A DNA stretch of 44,134 nucleotides from a virus (Duplodnaviria > Caudoviricetes): the IMG/VR virus record IMGVR_UViG_3300017780_007189, positions 1 through 44,134 of that record. One strand, given 5' to 3'. Shown here in pieces: positions 16,756-26,237 of this stretch. The first letter of the stretch is position 1. Each line of letters begins with the position of its first letter. Below the pieces are notes generated by a model. That model was not told the DNA's origin. It made no database searches and was given only the letters and a program-made list of their open reading frames with translations. The position numbers and the translations under genes were made by a program.

Positions 16756-18470
16756 TGAACGAAGACCTGCGTAATTGGTTTCGTGATAAATGGGTTCGAA
16801 TGAACACCAAGGGAGACATTATTGGTGACTGTGCTCGAGATGAGGGCGAAGGTAAACCAAAATGTCTTCCTATAGCGAAAGCACGTGCGATGGACAAAAA
16901 AGATAGAGCCTCTGCTACTATGAGAAAAAGAAGAGAAGATCCAATAGCAGATAGAGCTGGTAAAGGTGAGAAACCAGTTAATGTTGCAACAGAAGAAGTT
17001 AGTACATCAGATTTAATTAAGAAAAGTCATAGTAAGAGGGGTGCACCCGGTACTCTTAAAGCAAAGGTAAAAGGTCCTCTTACACTAGCAAAGGTAAGAA
17101 GTTTAAAAAACAGAGCCAATGCAACAACGTTGGATAAGAAACAAGCTAATTTTTATATAAACATGCAATCAGAAGAATACCTAGAAGAAAAGAACGCTCC
17201 AACTAACCCAGGTCTTTGGGCAAGGGCCAAGACACTTGCCAGATCAAAGTTTGATGTCTATCCTTCTGCATATGCAAATGGATGGGCAGCTAAATGGTAT
17301 AAGGGTAAGGGCGGAAGCTGGAAGTCTGTACAAGAAGGAACAAAAATGAAAACATTAAAAGATATCCTATCGGAAGGTGTTGCGGTATCTTCTGACTTTA
17401 AATTAGTTAATTCTGTCGATGCACAAGGCAAGCCAACTACTCGTAAAGTTAGAGCTCACCGCAAAACTATCAACCCGCAGTCTGAGGATAAGTCTGATGT
17501 ACTGTCTTCAATCCAAAAGTTTGTTGGTCGTCAGTATGATGAAGAAGTAGAACTAGATGAAGTTTCAACTGATGGATACTATAAAGCCGCTATCAAAGAC
17601 AGAATGAAACAAGTTGTAAAGTTGATGGGTGGTGATAAGAGCGCCCAGACAAAGCTTGATGCACGTAATGCTGGAATGAAGCGAGTTGAAAAAAGAACTC
17701 AAGATGATATGAAGAAGGCTAACTCTGGTCCTCAAAAGCCAAGAGTCGAAAAAGAACCTACAGAAGCCGAACGCCGTGGTTACGGACAAGGTCGCTATAT
17801 GGGCGACAGCGTTGAGCTAAAAGGTCAAGTATTAGAAGGTCAGTCCGCTGCTATTAGAATGTACAAAGCTCTTAAGCAAGCTAAGAAACAACGTGAAGAA
17901 GAGGAAGCAAGAAAAGCTGCTAACGAAAAGCGTGCTCTAACTCCAAAAACTACAAATGAAGCCAAAGATCCTCGTGAATATGATTACGAAGGTGACATGG
18001 CAAAGACTCAGCTAAGAAGTATCATTGCTAACTCTCAATCTGTTCATGATATGTTGAAAGATACAACTAATCTTGCAGAATGGGTTCAGTCTAAGATCAC
18101 AAAAGCAGAAGATTATATTTCCACTGTTGCAGATTACATGACAGCAGAGATGAATGAAGGTTATGTTGTTGAAGCCAAAGAAGACGATGAGGAAGACTAT
18201 TCCAAAAATCATAAGTTGGATCCAGATAGCGGTGTAGAAGCTGATCAACACATTCATGTTCAGTTGAAAAAAGCAATCGATTCTACAATGAAGCCATATG
18301 AAGTATCATTCAAGAATGGTAAAAAGCATTCTGTATCATCACCTGTTGCAAAGACCATTGTTACCGCGATAGAAAAACTTAAGCCTGAGCATAGAAAGAC
18401 TGCTCACGATGAACTTCATAAATCATATGACAGTCTTATGGCTGTTCATAAAGCTATAACAGGTAAGTAA
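16755..18470 (+). CDS. Multi-module putative internal-head polyprotein
   Basis: Short distinct modules separated by YLEE, VQE, ILSE, ELDE, VLE, MNE and VVE; internal leader-like MKTLKDILSE. Confidence 0.65.
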   Translation: MNEDLRNWFRDKWVRMNTKGDIIGDCARDEGEGKPKCLPIAKARAMDKKDRASATMRKRREDPIADRAGKGEKPVNVATEEVSTSDLIKKSHSKRGAPGTLKAKVKGPLTLAKVRSLKNRANATTLDKKQANFYINMQSEEYLEEKNAPTNPGLWARAKTLARSKFDVYPSAYANGWAAKWYKGKGGSWKSVQEGTKMKTLKDILSEGVAVSSDFKLVNSVDAQGKPTTRKVRAHRKTINPQSEDKSDVLSSIQKFVGRQYDEEVELDEVSTDGYYKAAIKDRMKQVVKLMGGDKSAQTKLDARNAGMKRVEKRTQDDMKKANSGPQKPRVEKEPTEAERRGYGQGRYMGDSVELKGQVLEGQSAAIRMYKALKQAKKQREEEEARKAANEKRALTPKTTNEAKDPREYDYEGDMAKTQLRSIIANSQSVHDMLKDTTNLAEWVQSKITKAEDYISTVADYMTAEMNEGYVVEAKEDDEEDYSKNHKLDPDSGVEADQHIHVQLKKAIDSTMKPYEVSFKNGKKHSVSSPVAKTIVTAIEKLKPEHRKTAHDELHKSYDSLMAVHKAITGK

Positions 18471-18736
18471 TGGGAATAATTGCCGCTAATATCATTATTG
18501 GTGGCAACACCGTGTTGGCTGCTCCTAAACCAATTGAAAGAAACGTTGCAGGTAGTTTTCAAGCTCTGAGAGAGAAGCTGTACAGTCAGCTAGAAAAAGA
18601 AAGCTCAAGCAAGCAACTAGATGATATATCCTCAATACTACCACCTCCAAAGAAAACAAGGGAAGTCGATAGTAGATTAATCCAGTACAAGGAGTCAGCC
18701 TTTCTTTCTGATATGCTAAGTTCTTCTAAAGACTAA
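18470..18736 (+). CDS. Hypothetical protein
   Basis: 88 aa ORF coupled to the previous gene by TAATG. Confidence 0.6.
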   Translation: MGIIAANIIIGGNTVLAAPKPIERNVAGSFQALREKLYSQLEKESSSKQLDDISSILPPPKKTREVDSRLIQYKESAFLSDMLSSSKD

Positions 18737-18772
18737 ATACAAGATAATCACCTCAAATTCAAGGAGTCAAAA

Positions 18773-19633
18773 ATGCCACTATGGGGAAATACAGACGATG
18801 CAGCAAATTCAGTAATTTCTGCACCTGCACTATTCAATCAAGCACCTACAAGAGCTAACGCTAATTTATTGTACGGTAACACTACACTCAACGGTGTTGT
18901 TACTGGAGAAGTAGTTGGTGTGTACGGAGTAGACACTACTGAGATGGCTGTGGGAACAGGTCCTGTTGTTGATGGAATTATTACTTTTGCTGGTTCTGGT
19001 TACAGAGCTAATACAACTGTTGCATTTACATCAAACAATACTGGTTCTTCAGCTGCAGCTAATGGTCAATCAAATGCATCAGGTAAGATCAGTGCTATCA
19101 ACATTTCAACAAATGGTTCTGGATACACGACATCTCCTATCATTACTATTGCTGCACCTACAGCTCAAACATTCCCAGGTAACACAACAGTTGTTCAAGT
19201 TGGTAACACAACTAACACTGGTTGGATTACATTGGGTACGAATGCACCGTTCTTCACAAACAACGACGTTGTAACATACTTGGTTGCTGCATCCAATACA
19301 GCATTGGGTGGATTAGTAAATGCAACAGCATACTTTGTACTGACTGTTAACTCTACAGCAATTCAGTTGAAGTCCGATCCTCTTGCAGCAGCTGCTATCA
19401 ATATTTCTTCTGTTCCAACATCTGCACAAGCTGGTCACTCAATTACTGGTGAGACAGCAACTGGTGTTGTTACAGTTGGTGGTGCAAAGAACAAGGGTGT
19501 TGCACATGCTGGTTGGGTAGTTAGAACTGAAGGTACTGGTGGTCGTGCTGGACGTGTTCAGTATGAAACATTAGTTGCTATGGGATCTATCTCAACAGAC
19601 GGATCCGATGACAATCCATTGCCTGATGCATAA
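18773..19633 (+). CDS. Virion structural protein (Gly/Thr/Asn/Ala-rich, beta-rich)
   Basis: MPLWG start, AGSGY/NGSGY repeats and GWV...RVQYETLVAM end. Late-like ACTAAATA at 18732-18739 and SD AAGGAG. Confidence 0.7.
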   Translation: MPLWGNTDDAANSVISAPALFNQAPTRANANLLYGNTTLNGVVTGEVVGVYGVDTTEMAVGTGPVVDGIITFAGSGYRANTTVAFTSNNTGSSAAANGQSNASGKISAINISTNGSGYTTSPIITIAAPTAQTFPGNTTVVQVGNTTNTGWITLGTNAPFFTNNDVVTYLVAASNTALGGLVNATAYFVLTVNSTAIQLKSDPLAAAAINISSVPTSAQAGHSITGETATGVVTVGGAKNKGVAHAGWVVRTEGTGGRAGRVQYETLVAMGSISTDGSDDNPLPDA

Positions 19634-19917
19634 TGAGTGATCGAGCTAAAAAGATATCGGAGCTGTCTGCACTGACGGCTCCGGCAGCAGAAGACCTGAT
19701 GGTGATTGTAGATGATCCATCAGGTACTCCTATTACTAAGTATGTTACAGTTGGTAACTTCCTTGGTAACTCTGCTGCCAATGTTGTGATTTATAATTCG
19801 ACACCCGCTAACAGTACAATCACTGTTAAGAAGGGTACAATAATGTTTGACAGCTCGTTTTTGTATATTGCAACAGCAAATAATACACTGAAAAGGGTAG
19901 CACTGACGGCCTTCTAA
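19633..19917 (+). CDS. Small structural/fibre-associated protein
   Basis: KISELSALT N-terminal motif and KGTIMFDSSFLYIATA C-terminal motif, both typical of fibre proteins. Confidence 0.55.
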   Translation: MSDRAKKISELSALTAPAAEDLMVIVDDPSGTPITKYVTVGNFLGNSAANVVIYNSTPANSTITVKKGTIMFDSSFLYIATANNTLKRVALTAF

Positions 19918-19918
19918 T

Positions 19919-20332
19919 ATGAACATTGATGACTTGAACGAGGCGAATGCCCTTTTATATGCTGCTAAACATTATGATAATCCTCACTTTTTCGATACGA
20001 TAGAGTTTTATGAGGATTTAAGTAGATTCAAGTACCTAAAGAAGTTGTTTAGTAGATATGAAGAGTCTGGAGAGATCAATGAAAGATTAGTCCTCAATCA
20101 TTTAACTATCATTTATAATGTATTTGGTGTAGAGGCAACAACAAGATTATTGTTTTTAAAGATGGATAATTATGGCAAGTATCTCAAGCCATTCTTATTG
20201 CTTCTAAACTATTTGCCAGATATCATATATAATGTCGAGGGAAGGAACATTATTGCCTCCGATATCTTTATGGATCCCGGTATTGTAGATAAATTAAGAA
20301 CAATAAATGAACAAACCAAACAGTCAACCTAA
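19919..20332 (+). CDS. Conserved T4-like-phage hypothetical protein
   Basis: YAAKHYDNP...EFYEDLSRFKY...ERLVLNHLTIIYNVFG. Confidence 0.75.
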   Translation: MNIDDLNEANALLYAAKHYDNPHFFDTIEFYEDLSRFKYLKKLFSRYEESGEINERLVLNHLTIIYNVFGVEATTRLLFLKMDNYGKYLKPFLLLLNYLPDIIYNVEGRNIIASDIFMDPGIVDKLRTINEQTKQST

Positions 20333-20843
20333 GTTCCCAACAGAAATTAAAAACGTTCCATCGTTGACCAAAAATCCGATGATGGATATGTTTTTAACCT
20401 ATCAGTTCCTCAAGCGTATTGTTGTTCCGTTTGAGAAGTCTGATGCCTACAAGCTAGGTATCATCGATAAGAACGGTAAGGTTCTCAAAAAGAAAAAGAC
20501 TCTAAAGACAGACCAAGAGAAGGCTGCCTGGGGTTACTTTGACATTCTAACAAACAATCTCAAAAAACTATTAGCAAAGATTCCAGGTGGCAGCTCTGTC
20601 CTTGGTTCTTCTGTTGCTTCGTACCTATTAATCAAAGAACATAAGAGTGACTTGTTGCTTAACGAAGTCTATTTTGAGACTCAGTTCATGAAAGTATATA
20701 ACCAACTAACAGAAGAGGGTGAAGTACCTGCTAATAATGTTGGTAGTGGCAATGTGAAAGGATTTGATCCTCTTTTGATCACTAAAGCTAAAGGTATGTT
20801 GAGAAGAAAGAAACCGTATGTGGATACTAAACTTCCTTCCTGA
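20307..20843 (+). CDS. Conserved hypothetical protein resembling the long gp61.1-type proteins of T4-like phages
   Basis: YQFLKR...FEKSDAYKLGIIDKNGKVLK; family assignment from memory only. Confidence 0.55.
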   Translation: MNKPNSQPKFPTEIKNVPSLTKNPMMDMFLTYQFLKRIVVPFEKSDAYKLGIIDKNGKVLKKKKTLKTDQEKAAWGYFDILTNNLKKLLAKIPGGSSVLGSSVASYLLIKEHKSDLLLNEVYFETQFMKVYNQLTEEGEVPANNVGSGNVKGFDPLLITKAKGMLRRKKPYVDTKLPS

Positions 20844-21246
20844 TTGGATCTTTCACTTCATCTTACTAGCTGGTATAGGTGGATTAGTTGCTTCATACTC
20901 AATGAAGTTCATTCCTTTTGTCTATATGTACAAGACTCCAATTCAGCTTGTTTCCGTTGTAGCTATTGTAGGTTCAACATTCATGATTGGCGCTGCATGG
21001 AATGATCAGGCATGGAGAGAGCGTGTCGCAGAGATGGAACAAAAAGTAGCAGCAGCAGAAGTAAAGTCTGCAGAAGAGAATGTAAAGATTGTAACTAAAA
21101 TAGTCAAGAAGATAGAGATAGTTAGAACCAGAGGTGAGGATATTATTAAGTATGTTGACAAGGAAGTAGTCAAGTATAACGATAGATGTGAGATACCAAA
21201 TGAGTTTGTCAAGGTATTAAATGATGCAGCAGAGTTGCCAAAATGA
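20818..21246 (+). CDS. Putative i-spanin (Rz-like)
   Basis: N-terminal TM segments, periplasmic coiled-coil and C-terminal C..P..FV...N.AA; overlaps a lipoprotein gene. Confidence 0.7.
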   Translation: MWILNFLPDWIFHFILLAGIGGLVASYSMKFIPFVYMYKTPIQLVSVVAIVGSTFMIGAAWNDQAWRERVAEMEQKVAAAEVKSAEENVKIVTKIVKKIEIVRTRGEDIIKYVDKEVVKYNDRCEIPNEFVKVLNDAAELPK

Positions 21247-21527
21247 ACAGAGACGACTTTTTAATTTGGGCTATCTTTATTGTTGTAGTGGTGTTTATGA
21301 TGGGATGCTCCACTACTGTACCAGTCGTAGCCAAATTTCCACAATCACCTGAGAGGTTAATGCTACCATGTGCTCAGCTTGAAAAATTAGAAAACGAAGC
21401 AAAGCTAAGTGACATAGCAAAGTCAGTGACCAATAACTACACAAAGTATCATGAGTGCTCAATTCAAAATGAATTATGGATTGAGTGGTATAGGACACAG
21501 AAACAAATATTTGAAAGTATTAAATGA
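21243..21527 (+). CDS. Putative o-spanin (Rz1-like lipoprotein)
   Basis: Lipobox-like MMGC, Pro-rich stretch and NY..YHEC. Confidence 0.7.
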   Translation: MNRDDFLIWAIFIVVVVFMMGCSTTVPVVAKFPQSPERLMLPCAQLEKLENEAKLSDIAKSVTNNYTKYHECSIQNELWIEWYRTQKQIFESIK

Positions 21528-21802
21528 CAAACTCAGAAGTACTAGTTGATACAATTCAACACGGCAAAAAACAATTCATCAAGAAGTATATGAAGCATCC
21601 TGAGCTTAGTCAGGCATGGAATCAGTACGTAGATGCTCAGTCTGTGTTTGTTAAGCAAGCACTAAAGACAAATAAAACCACATCAATGTTAGTGATGGAA
21701 AAAATGATAGGTACTCATGGTGAGAAGCTATTCAACCCGTTTGGAATTGATTGGTTTGAAGCTGGTTGGGATTCATTGGTAAAACATAACTCAAAGAAGT
21801 AA
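21524..21802 (+). CDS. Hypothetical helical protein
   Basis: 92 aa ORF with ATGA overlap. Confidence 0.65.
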   Translation: MTNSEVLVDTIQHGKKQFIKKYMKHPELSQAWNQYVDAQSVFVKQALKTNKTTSMLVMEKMIGTHGEKLFNPFGIDWFEAGWDSLVKHNSKK

Positions 21803-21803
21803 T

Positions 21804-22070
21804 ATGGTTAAGATTAAAGTTTTATCTTCTGAACTAACATTGAGCGATACAGCAGGATCTACTGTCAACAATGCAACGGTTGTTAGAGTGCTTCACGTAG
21901 GAGGTGGAGGTTCACATCACCTACTCACTATAACTGACTCGTCCAATGCAACTATTGGTACCATGACTATTGCTCCTAACGTTCCAGAATATATAGAGAA
22001 AAAATCATCTGATAAAATATTTGTAGATACTGGAACAGATGTACTTGCTACTCATGTTGCGTTCAGATAA
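21804..22070 (+). CDS. Small beta-rich hypothetical protein, possibly structural
   Basis: 88 aa ORF with alternating hydrophobic strands. Confidence 0.65.
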   Translation: MVKIKVLSSELTLSDTAGSTVNNATVVRVLHVGGGGSHHLLTITDSSNATIGTMTIAPNVPEYIEKKSSDKIFVDTGTDVLATHVAFR

Positions 22071-22088
22071 TAAATAAAAAAGGATAAA

Positions 22089-22523
22089 ATGAAAAAGATA
22101 CTATTATTAATCTTGACTTTGCCTGTATTGGCATTTGCTGCTAAACAACCAACTGGTGTGACATATGATGCACAAGTTATTAGAGTGAGTGATGGCGACA
22201 CTATTGTGATAGCCGCCCCCTTTTTACCAGCACCACTCAAACCAGAATTGGCTGTCAGAATCTTTGGAGTCGACACGCCAGAAAAAGGACACAGAGCTCA
22301 ATGTCCACAAGAAGACCAGCGAGCGCAGTTGGCGAGTAAATTTACAACTCAAGCGTTACAATCCCACCCGAGACACCAAGTCATTATCTATGGATGGGAT
22401 AAGTTTGGTGGTCGTGTTCTGGGAGACATCTTGGTAAACGGACAAAGTATTCGCGCTGGGTTGATCAATAATGGCCTTGCCCGTGAATACTACGGAGACG
22501 CAAAACAATCTTGGTGTAACTAA
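22089..22523 (+). CDS. Secreted staphylococcal-nuclease-like (SNase) protein
   Basis: Signal peptide; RVSDGDTI, RIFGVDTPE, DKFGGRVLGD, LINNGLAREY. Confidence 0.9.
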   Translation: MKKILLLILTLPVLAFAAKQPTGVTYDAQVIRVSDGDTIVIAAPFLPAPLKPELAVRIFGVDTPEKGHRAQCPQEDQRAQLASKFTTQALQSHPRHQVIIYGWDKFGGRVLGDILVNGQSIRAGLINNGLAREYYGDAKQSWCN

Positions 22524-22537
22524 ACAAGGAGATTATT

Positions 22538-23053
22538 ATGGTACTTTCAAAATTCAAAGAGAGAGCTGGTTGGATCATTACGTTGTTTGCAGCTATTCTT
22601 GCTTTAAATTCTATTCTTGACGGTGGTAACTCATCACAAATTCTTTCTGATACCATTGAAGCAAATAACGTTTGGGCATTCTATCAAGCAAAGTCAATAA
22701 AACAGAATTTGGCTGAGATGAGATATGATGATGCTATTGCTCGTAAAGATCTTAAAACTGCAGAACCACTCAAAGCAAAGATCGAACGCTATGAATCTGA
22801 TCCCAAGTCTGGTGAGGGTAAGAAAGAATTGATGGCAAAGGCAAGAGCAATTGAAGCTAATAGAGCTATCTGTGAACTGAGAGCTCCTTGGTATACTTTT
22901 GCCAACGCACTATTTCAAATCGCAATTGTTATCATGGCTGCTGCTATGATATCTCTTAGCATAAGAATGTACTGGATAAGTATTGGAACCGGTATCTTCT
23001 CTATATTACTGATGCTGCAAGGATTTTGGTTATTTTTACCAATAACACTATAA
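22538..23053 (+). CDS. Membrane protein (DUF4337-like)
   Basis: One N-terminal and two C-terminal TM segments; WAFYQAKSIKQ motif. Confidence 0.65.
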   Translation: MVLSKFKERAGWIITLFAAILALNSILDGGNSSQILSDTIEANNVWAFYQAKSIKQNLAEMRYDDAIARKDLKTAEPLKAKIERYESDPKSGEGKKELMAKARAIEANRAICELRAPWYTFANALFQIAIVIMAAAMISLSIRMYWISIGTGIFSILLMLQGFWLFLPITL

Positions 23054-23062
23054 GGAACTGAT

Positions 23063-23686
23063 ATGGAATTATCAAAACAACAACTTAAAGAATTACTTCC
23101 AAAGAACCCGTATATTGATAACTGGCACCAAGCGATGGCTCAGTTGTTACCCGACTATGATATTAACACATCAAATAGAATAGCTGCATTCGTTGCTCAG
23201 TGTGCACACGAGTCTGGTGGATTTATGGTTCTTAAAGAGAATCTAAACTACAAAGCAGCTTCACTTCGTAAGTTGTTTGGTAAGTATTTTCCAACTGATG
23301 AGCTAGCACAGCAGTATGCATCTAAGCCAAATAAGCAAGAAGCAATTGCAAACAGAATCTATGCAAGCCGTATGGGTAATGGAGACGAGGCATCTGGAGA
23401 TGGATATAAGTATTGTGGTCGCGGATTGATCCAGTTGACTGGTAAATCTAATTACACTGCCTTTGCTGACTCGTTAGAGATCGATCCCGAAGAAGCATCT
23501 CAATATCTTGCAACATTTGAAGGCGCAGCACAGTCTGCTTGCTGGTTCTGGGAAACAAACAATTTAAATCAATGGGCTGATAAAGGTGACATTGTGACAT
23601 TAACCAAGCGTATCAATGGTGGTACAATTGGTCTTGATGATAGAATTAAACATTATGAACATGCCCTTCACGTATTAGGACATTAA
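23063..23686 (+). CDS. Endolysin, glycoside hydrolase family 19
   Basis: AQCAHESGGF, ENLNY, GRGLIQLTGKSNY, SACWFW, TKRINGGTIGL. Confidence 0.92.
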   Translation: MELSKQQLKELLPKNPYIDNWHQAMAQLLPDYDINTSNRIAAFVAQCAHESGGFMVLKENLNYKAASLRKLFGKYFPTDELAQQYASKPNKQEAIANRIYASRMGNGDEASGDGYKYCGRGLIQLTGKSNYTAFADSLEIDPEEASQYLATFEGAAQSACWFWETNNLNQWADKGDIVTLTKRINGGTIGLDDRIKHYEHALHVLGH

Positions 23687-23687
23687 G

Positions 23688-23903
23688 ATGACATTTTTAC
23701 AAAGCATGCTTGGTGATGGATCTGGTGAAATAAGTAGCAAGAGAACTGTTACGTTTTTTGCATTTTTAATGTGCTGCACCGCTTTCATCTCTAACTTGTT
23801 TTGGGGAATGACAATGGACATCACAATATATCAAAGTATGATGTATATCGTAATAGGTGGGTTAGGTTTCACATTGACTGAAGCTTTCGCACCTAAAAAA
23901 TAA
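23688..23903 (+). CDS. Putative holin (2 TM)
   Basis: 71 aa, SSKR followed by two TM helices, basic C-terminus; directly after the endolysin. Confidence 0.55.
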   Translation: MTFLQSMLGDGSGEISSKRTVTFFAFLMCCTAFISNLFWGMTMDITIYQSMMYIVIGGLGFTLTEAFAPKK

Positions 23904-23915
23904 GAAAGTATAGCA

Positions 23916-24140
23916 ATGAAAACAAAAATAACATTAATTGCTTTATTATGTTTAGTTGGATGTAGTGATCGTTTTAGATATCCATGCCAAGATCCTGCAA
24001 GCTGGAGCAGTGCTCAGTGTCAGAAACCACAGTGTGAGGTTACTCGCACATGCCCTGATCTATTAATTAAAAGTGAAAAGAAAGTGAGCACTCCAGTTGC
24101 TCCAAAGCCAGTTGAAATTAAAAAAGGAGATTGTAAATGA
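23916..24140 (+). CDS. Small Cys-rich lipoprotein
   Basis: Lipobox LVGC; RYPCQDP...C...C....C. Confidence 0.7.
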   Translation: MKTKITLIALLCLVGCSDRFRYPCQDPASWSSAQCQKPQCEVTRTCPDLLIKSEKKVSTPVAPKPVEIKKGDCK

Positions 24141-24604
24141 TTAGAGATCTATTTGTGAATTCGCCACGTTACACTGGTACAGAACTGATGGACCGTTTGA
24201 AGTTCTTTGTCGGCATTGTTCTTGCATTGACATTGTTTGGTATTGTCTTTGTTGTGTTGTATAGTTTAATCTTTGTGACACAACCATTAGACGCAATCAG
24301 CCCAGTTGATAATAAGTTCTTCGAATTGATCATTCCTATTGCAACTTTCTTGACAGGTACGTTGTCTGGTATTATGCTAGCAAGTACACCAGAAGCTCAA
24401 GCAAAGGCATTAGAAGCAGCTAATAAAGGATGGGATAAGCCTCCTACACCACCTTCGACTCCTTCAAGAACACAAAGATCACAGGTCGAACCAAGTTTTG
24501 ATTCTTCACCTTCTTTCGGTGGATTTGATATGCCTGCACCTCAGGTAGTTACTGGATTCGGTGGTAAGCCAGCTCCTACTCCCGCGCCGCAACCAGAAAT
24601 CTAA
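24137..24604 (+). CDS. 2-TM membrane protein with Pro-rich tail
   Basis: Two hydrophobic helices and a P/S/T-rich C-terminus. Confidence 0.75.
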   Translation: MIRDLFVNSPRYTGTELMDRLKFFVGIVLALTLFGIVFVVLYSLIFVTQPLDAISPVDNKFFELIIPIATFLTGTLSGIMLASTPEAQAKALEAANKGWDKPPTPPSTPSRTQRSQVEPSFDSSPSFGGFDMPAPQVVTGFGGKPAPTPAPQPEI

Positions 24605-24637
24605 ATAAGAAAACCGAATGTAAATAAAGGATCTACC

Positions 24638-24847
24638 ATGAAAAACATATCAATTGCCTTCATTCTATCTCTTTCTTCTTTGACTGCCTTTGCTGGCGGT
24701 GAAATGAAAGAGGTGTGCAAAGATAAGCTGGATAAGGCTGGAAATGTTGTCATCGATAAGAAGACTAACAAACCAGCTCAACAGTGTAAAACAATCAAGG
24801 TACACAAGAAACTAGATGGCACTGCTGTTCCCGAAAAGAAGAAATAA
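24638..24847 (+). CDS. Small secreted basic protein
   Basis: Signal peptide ending AFA, two Cys, Lys-rich; TAAATA motifs upstream. Confidence 0.7.
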   Translation: MKNISIAFILSLSSLTAFAGGEMKEVCKDKLDKAGNVVIDKKTNKPAQQCKTIKVHKKLDGTAVPEKKK

Positions 24848-24848
24848 A

Positions 24849-25157
24849 ATGGCTAGTACAGTAGAGCGAATTGGCGTTGTTGAAACCAAGGTAGAAAACC
24901 TTAGTGAGAAACTTGACGAACTAAAAGTGGACGTCAGGGAGATGCATGACTGTTTGGATAAGACTCGTGATGGGTTGACAACAAAGCTAGAAGAGATGTA
25001 TGATGTATCTTGCAGTCAACACGAAGCACTTGCAAAAGAGATATCCTACATCAAAAGTCAGCGAGATAGATTAGTATGGTCATTTGCTGGAGTTATTGCT
25101 GCAGGTGGATTCTTTGCAGGACACGCTGACAAGATACTTAAAATACTTGGCGGTTGA
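24849..25157 (+). CDS. Coiled-coil protein with C-terminal TM segment
   Basis: Heptad pattern then LVWSFAGVIAAGGFFAG; ATG 24849 is the preferred start. Confidence 0.7.
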   Translation: MASTVERIGVVETKVENLSEKLDELKVDVREMHDCLDKTRDGLTTKLEEMYDVSCSQHEALAKEISYIKSQRDRLVWSFAGVIAAGGFFAGHADKILKILGG

Positions 25158-25182
25158 CTACTAATCAGTAACTGTATATAAT
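25154..25182 (+). promoter_or_regulatory. Sigma70-type promoter for primase
   Basis: TTGACT (25154-25159), 17 nt spacer, TATAAT (25177-25182). Confidence 0.8.
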
Positions 25183-25205
25183 CCTCTTGTCTATAGAGGA
25201 TCCTT

Positions 25206-26237
25206 ATGCAGCCAATTGATTACAAATACATCGGACTTATTTCATCGAGGCTCCCATTATTCAAGAAAAAGAGTGATGGGACCTTTAACTTCCGCTGTAT
25301 CATTTGTGGTGACTCACAAACAGACAAAAGAAAAGCGCGTGGATTTATTCTAACAAAGAATAATCAGACAACATACTACTGTCACAACTGCCATGCTTCA
25401 TTGAACCTTTCCTCCTTTATAAAAGTAATTGATCCTCAACTGCATGATGAGTATCAAAAGGAAAGGCTTGCTGAAAAATATTTGTCTAATCAAGTCGGAG
25501 TTTCTGCAAGAGAGCCTGACTTCTCGAGAGTGAGATTTCCTAAATACCTCCGCGAAGCAGCTTTTCAAAAGATCAATAAGATCTCATCATTGCCACCAGA
25601 CAATCCTGCAAAACGGTACGTCAACTCAAGAAAGATCCCAACTAAACACCATCACAAACTATTTCTTTCACTAAAATTTAAGAAATGGGTCAATACTATC
25701 ATTCCAGATAAGTTTGAGAGTACCGATATAGATGAGGCAAGGTTGATTCTTCCTTTTATCGACATGGATGGATCTCTTATTGGATTTACTGGAAGGGCGT
25801 TTGGTCAGAATAAGATTCGGTATATTACTATCCATGTCGATACTGATAAGCCTTTGATATTTGGACTTGATGCTGTAAATAAGAATGAGAAGATATATGT
25901 GACAGAAGGTCCTATTGATTCGTTGTTCTTACCTAATGCTTTAGCAATGGGTTCATCTAATAACCTGAATGGTCTTAAGCAGTTTATTGATGATCCTTCT
26001 AAGTTTGTTCTTGTTATGGATAATGAGCCTAAGAATAAAGATATTTGTAATATAGTTGAAAAGGCAATTGATCTAGGGTATAATGTTTGCATATGGCCGT
26101 CTCATATTGAATTTAAAGATATTAATGAGATGGTATTATCAGGTATGAAACCAGAAGATGTTAAGTTGATTATTGATTGTAACACCGTCAGTGGTTTAGA
26201 AGCTAGATTAAGGATAACACAATGGAAGAAATGTTAA
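25206..26237 (+). CDS. 61: DNA primase (T4 gp61-like)
   Basis: Zn finger CIICGDS...CHNC; TOPRIM motifs VTEGPIDSLF, MDNEP and KDINEM. Confidence 0.93.
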   Translation: MQPIDYKYIGLISSRLPLFKKKSDGTFNFRCIICGDSQTDKRKARGFILTKNNQTTYYCHNCHASLNLSSFIKVIDPQLHDEYQKERLAEKYLSNQVGVSAREPDFSRVRFPKYLREAAFQKINKISSLPPDNPAKRYVNSRKIPTKHHHKLFLSLKFKKWVNTIIPDKFESTDIDEARLILPFIDMDGSLIGFTGRAFGQNKIRYITIHVDTDKPLIFGLDAVNKNEKIYVTEGPIDSLFLPNALAMGSSNNLNGLKQFIDDPSKFVLVMDNEPKNKDICNIVEKAIDLGYNVCIWPSHIEFKDINEMVLSGMKPEDVKLIIDCNTVSGLEARLRITQWKKC

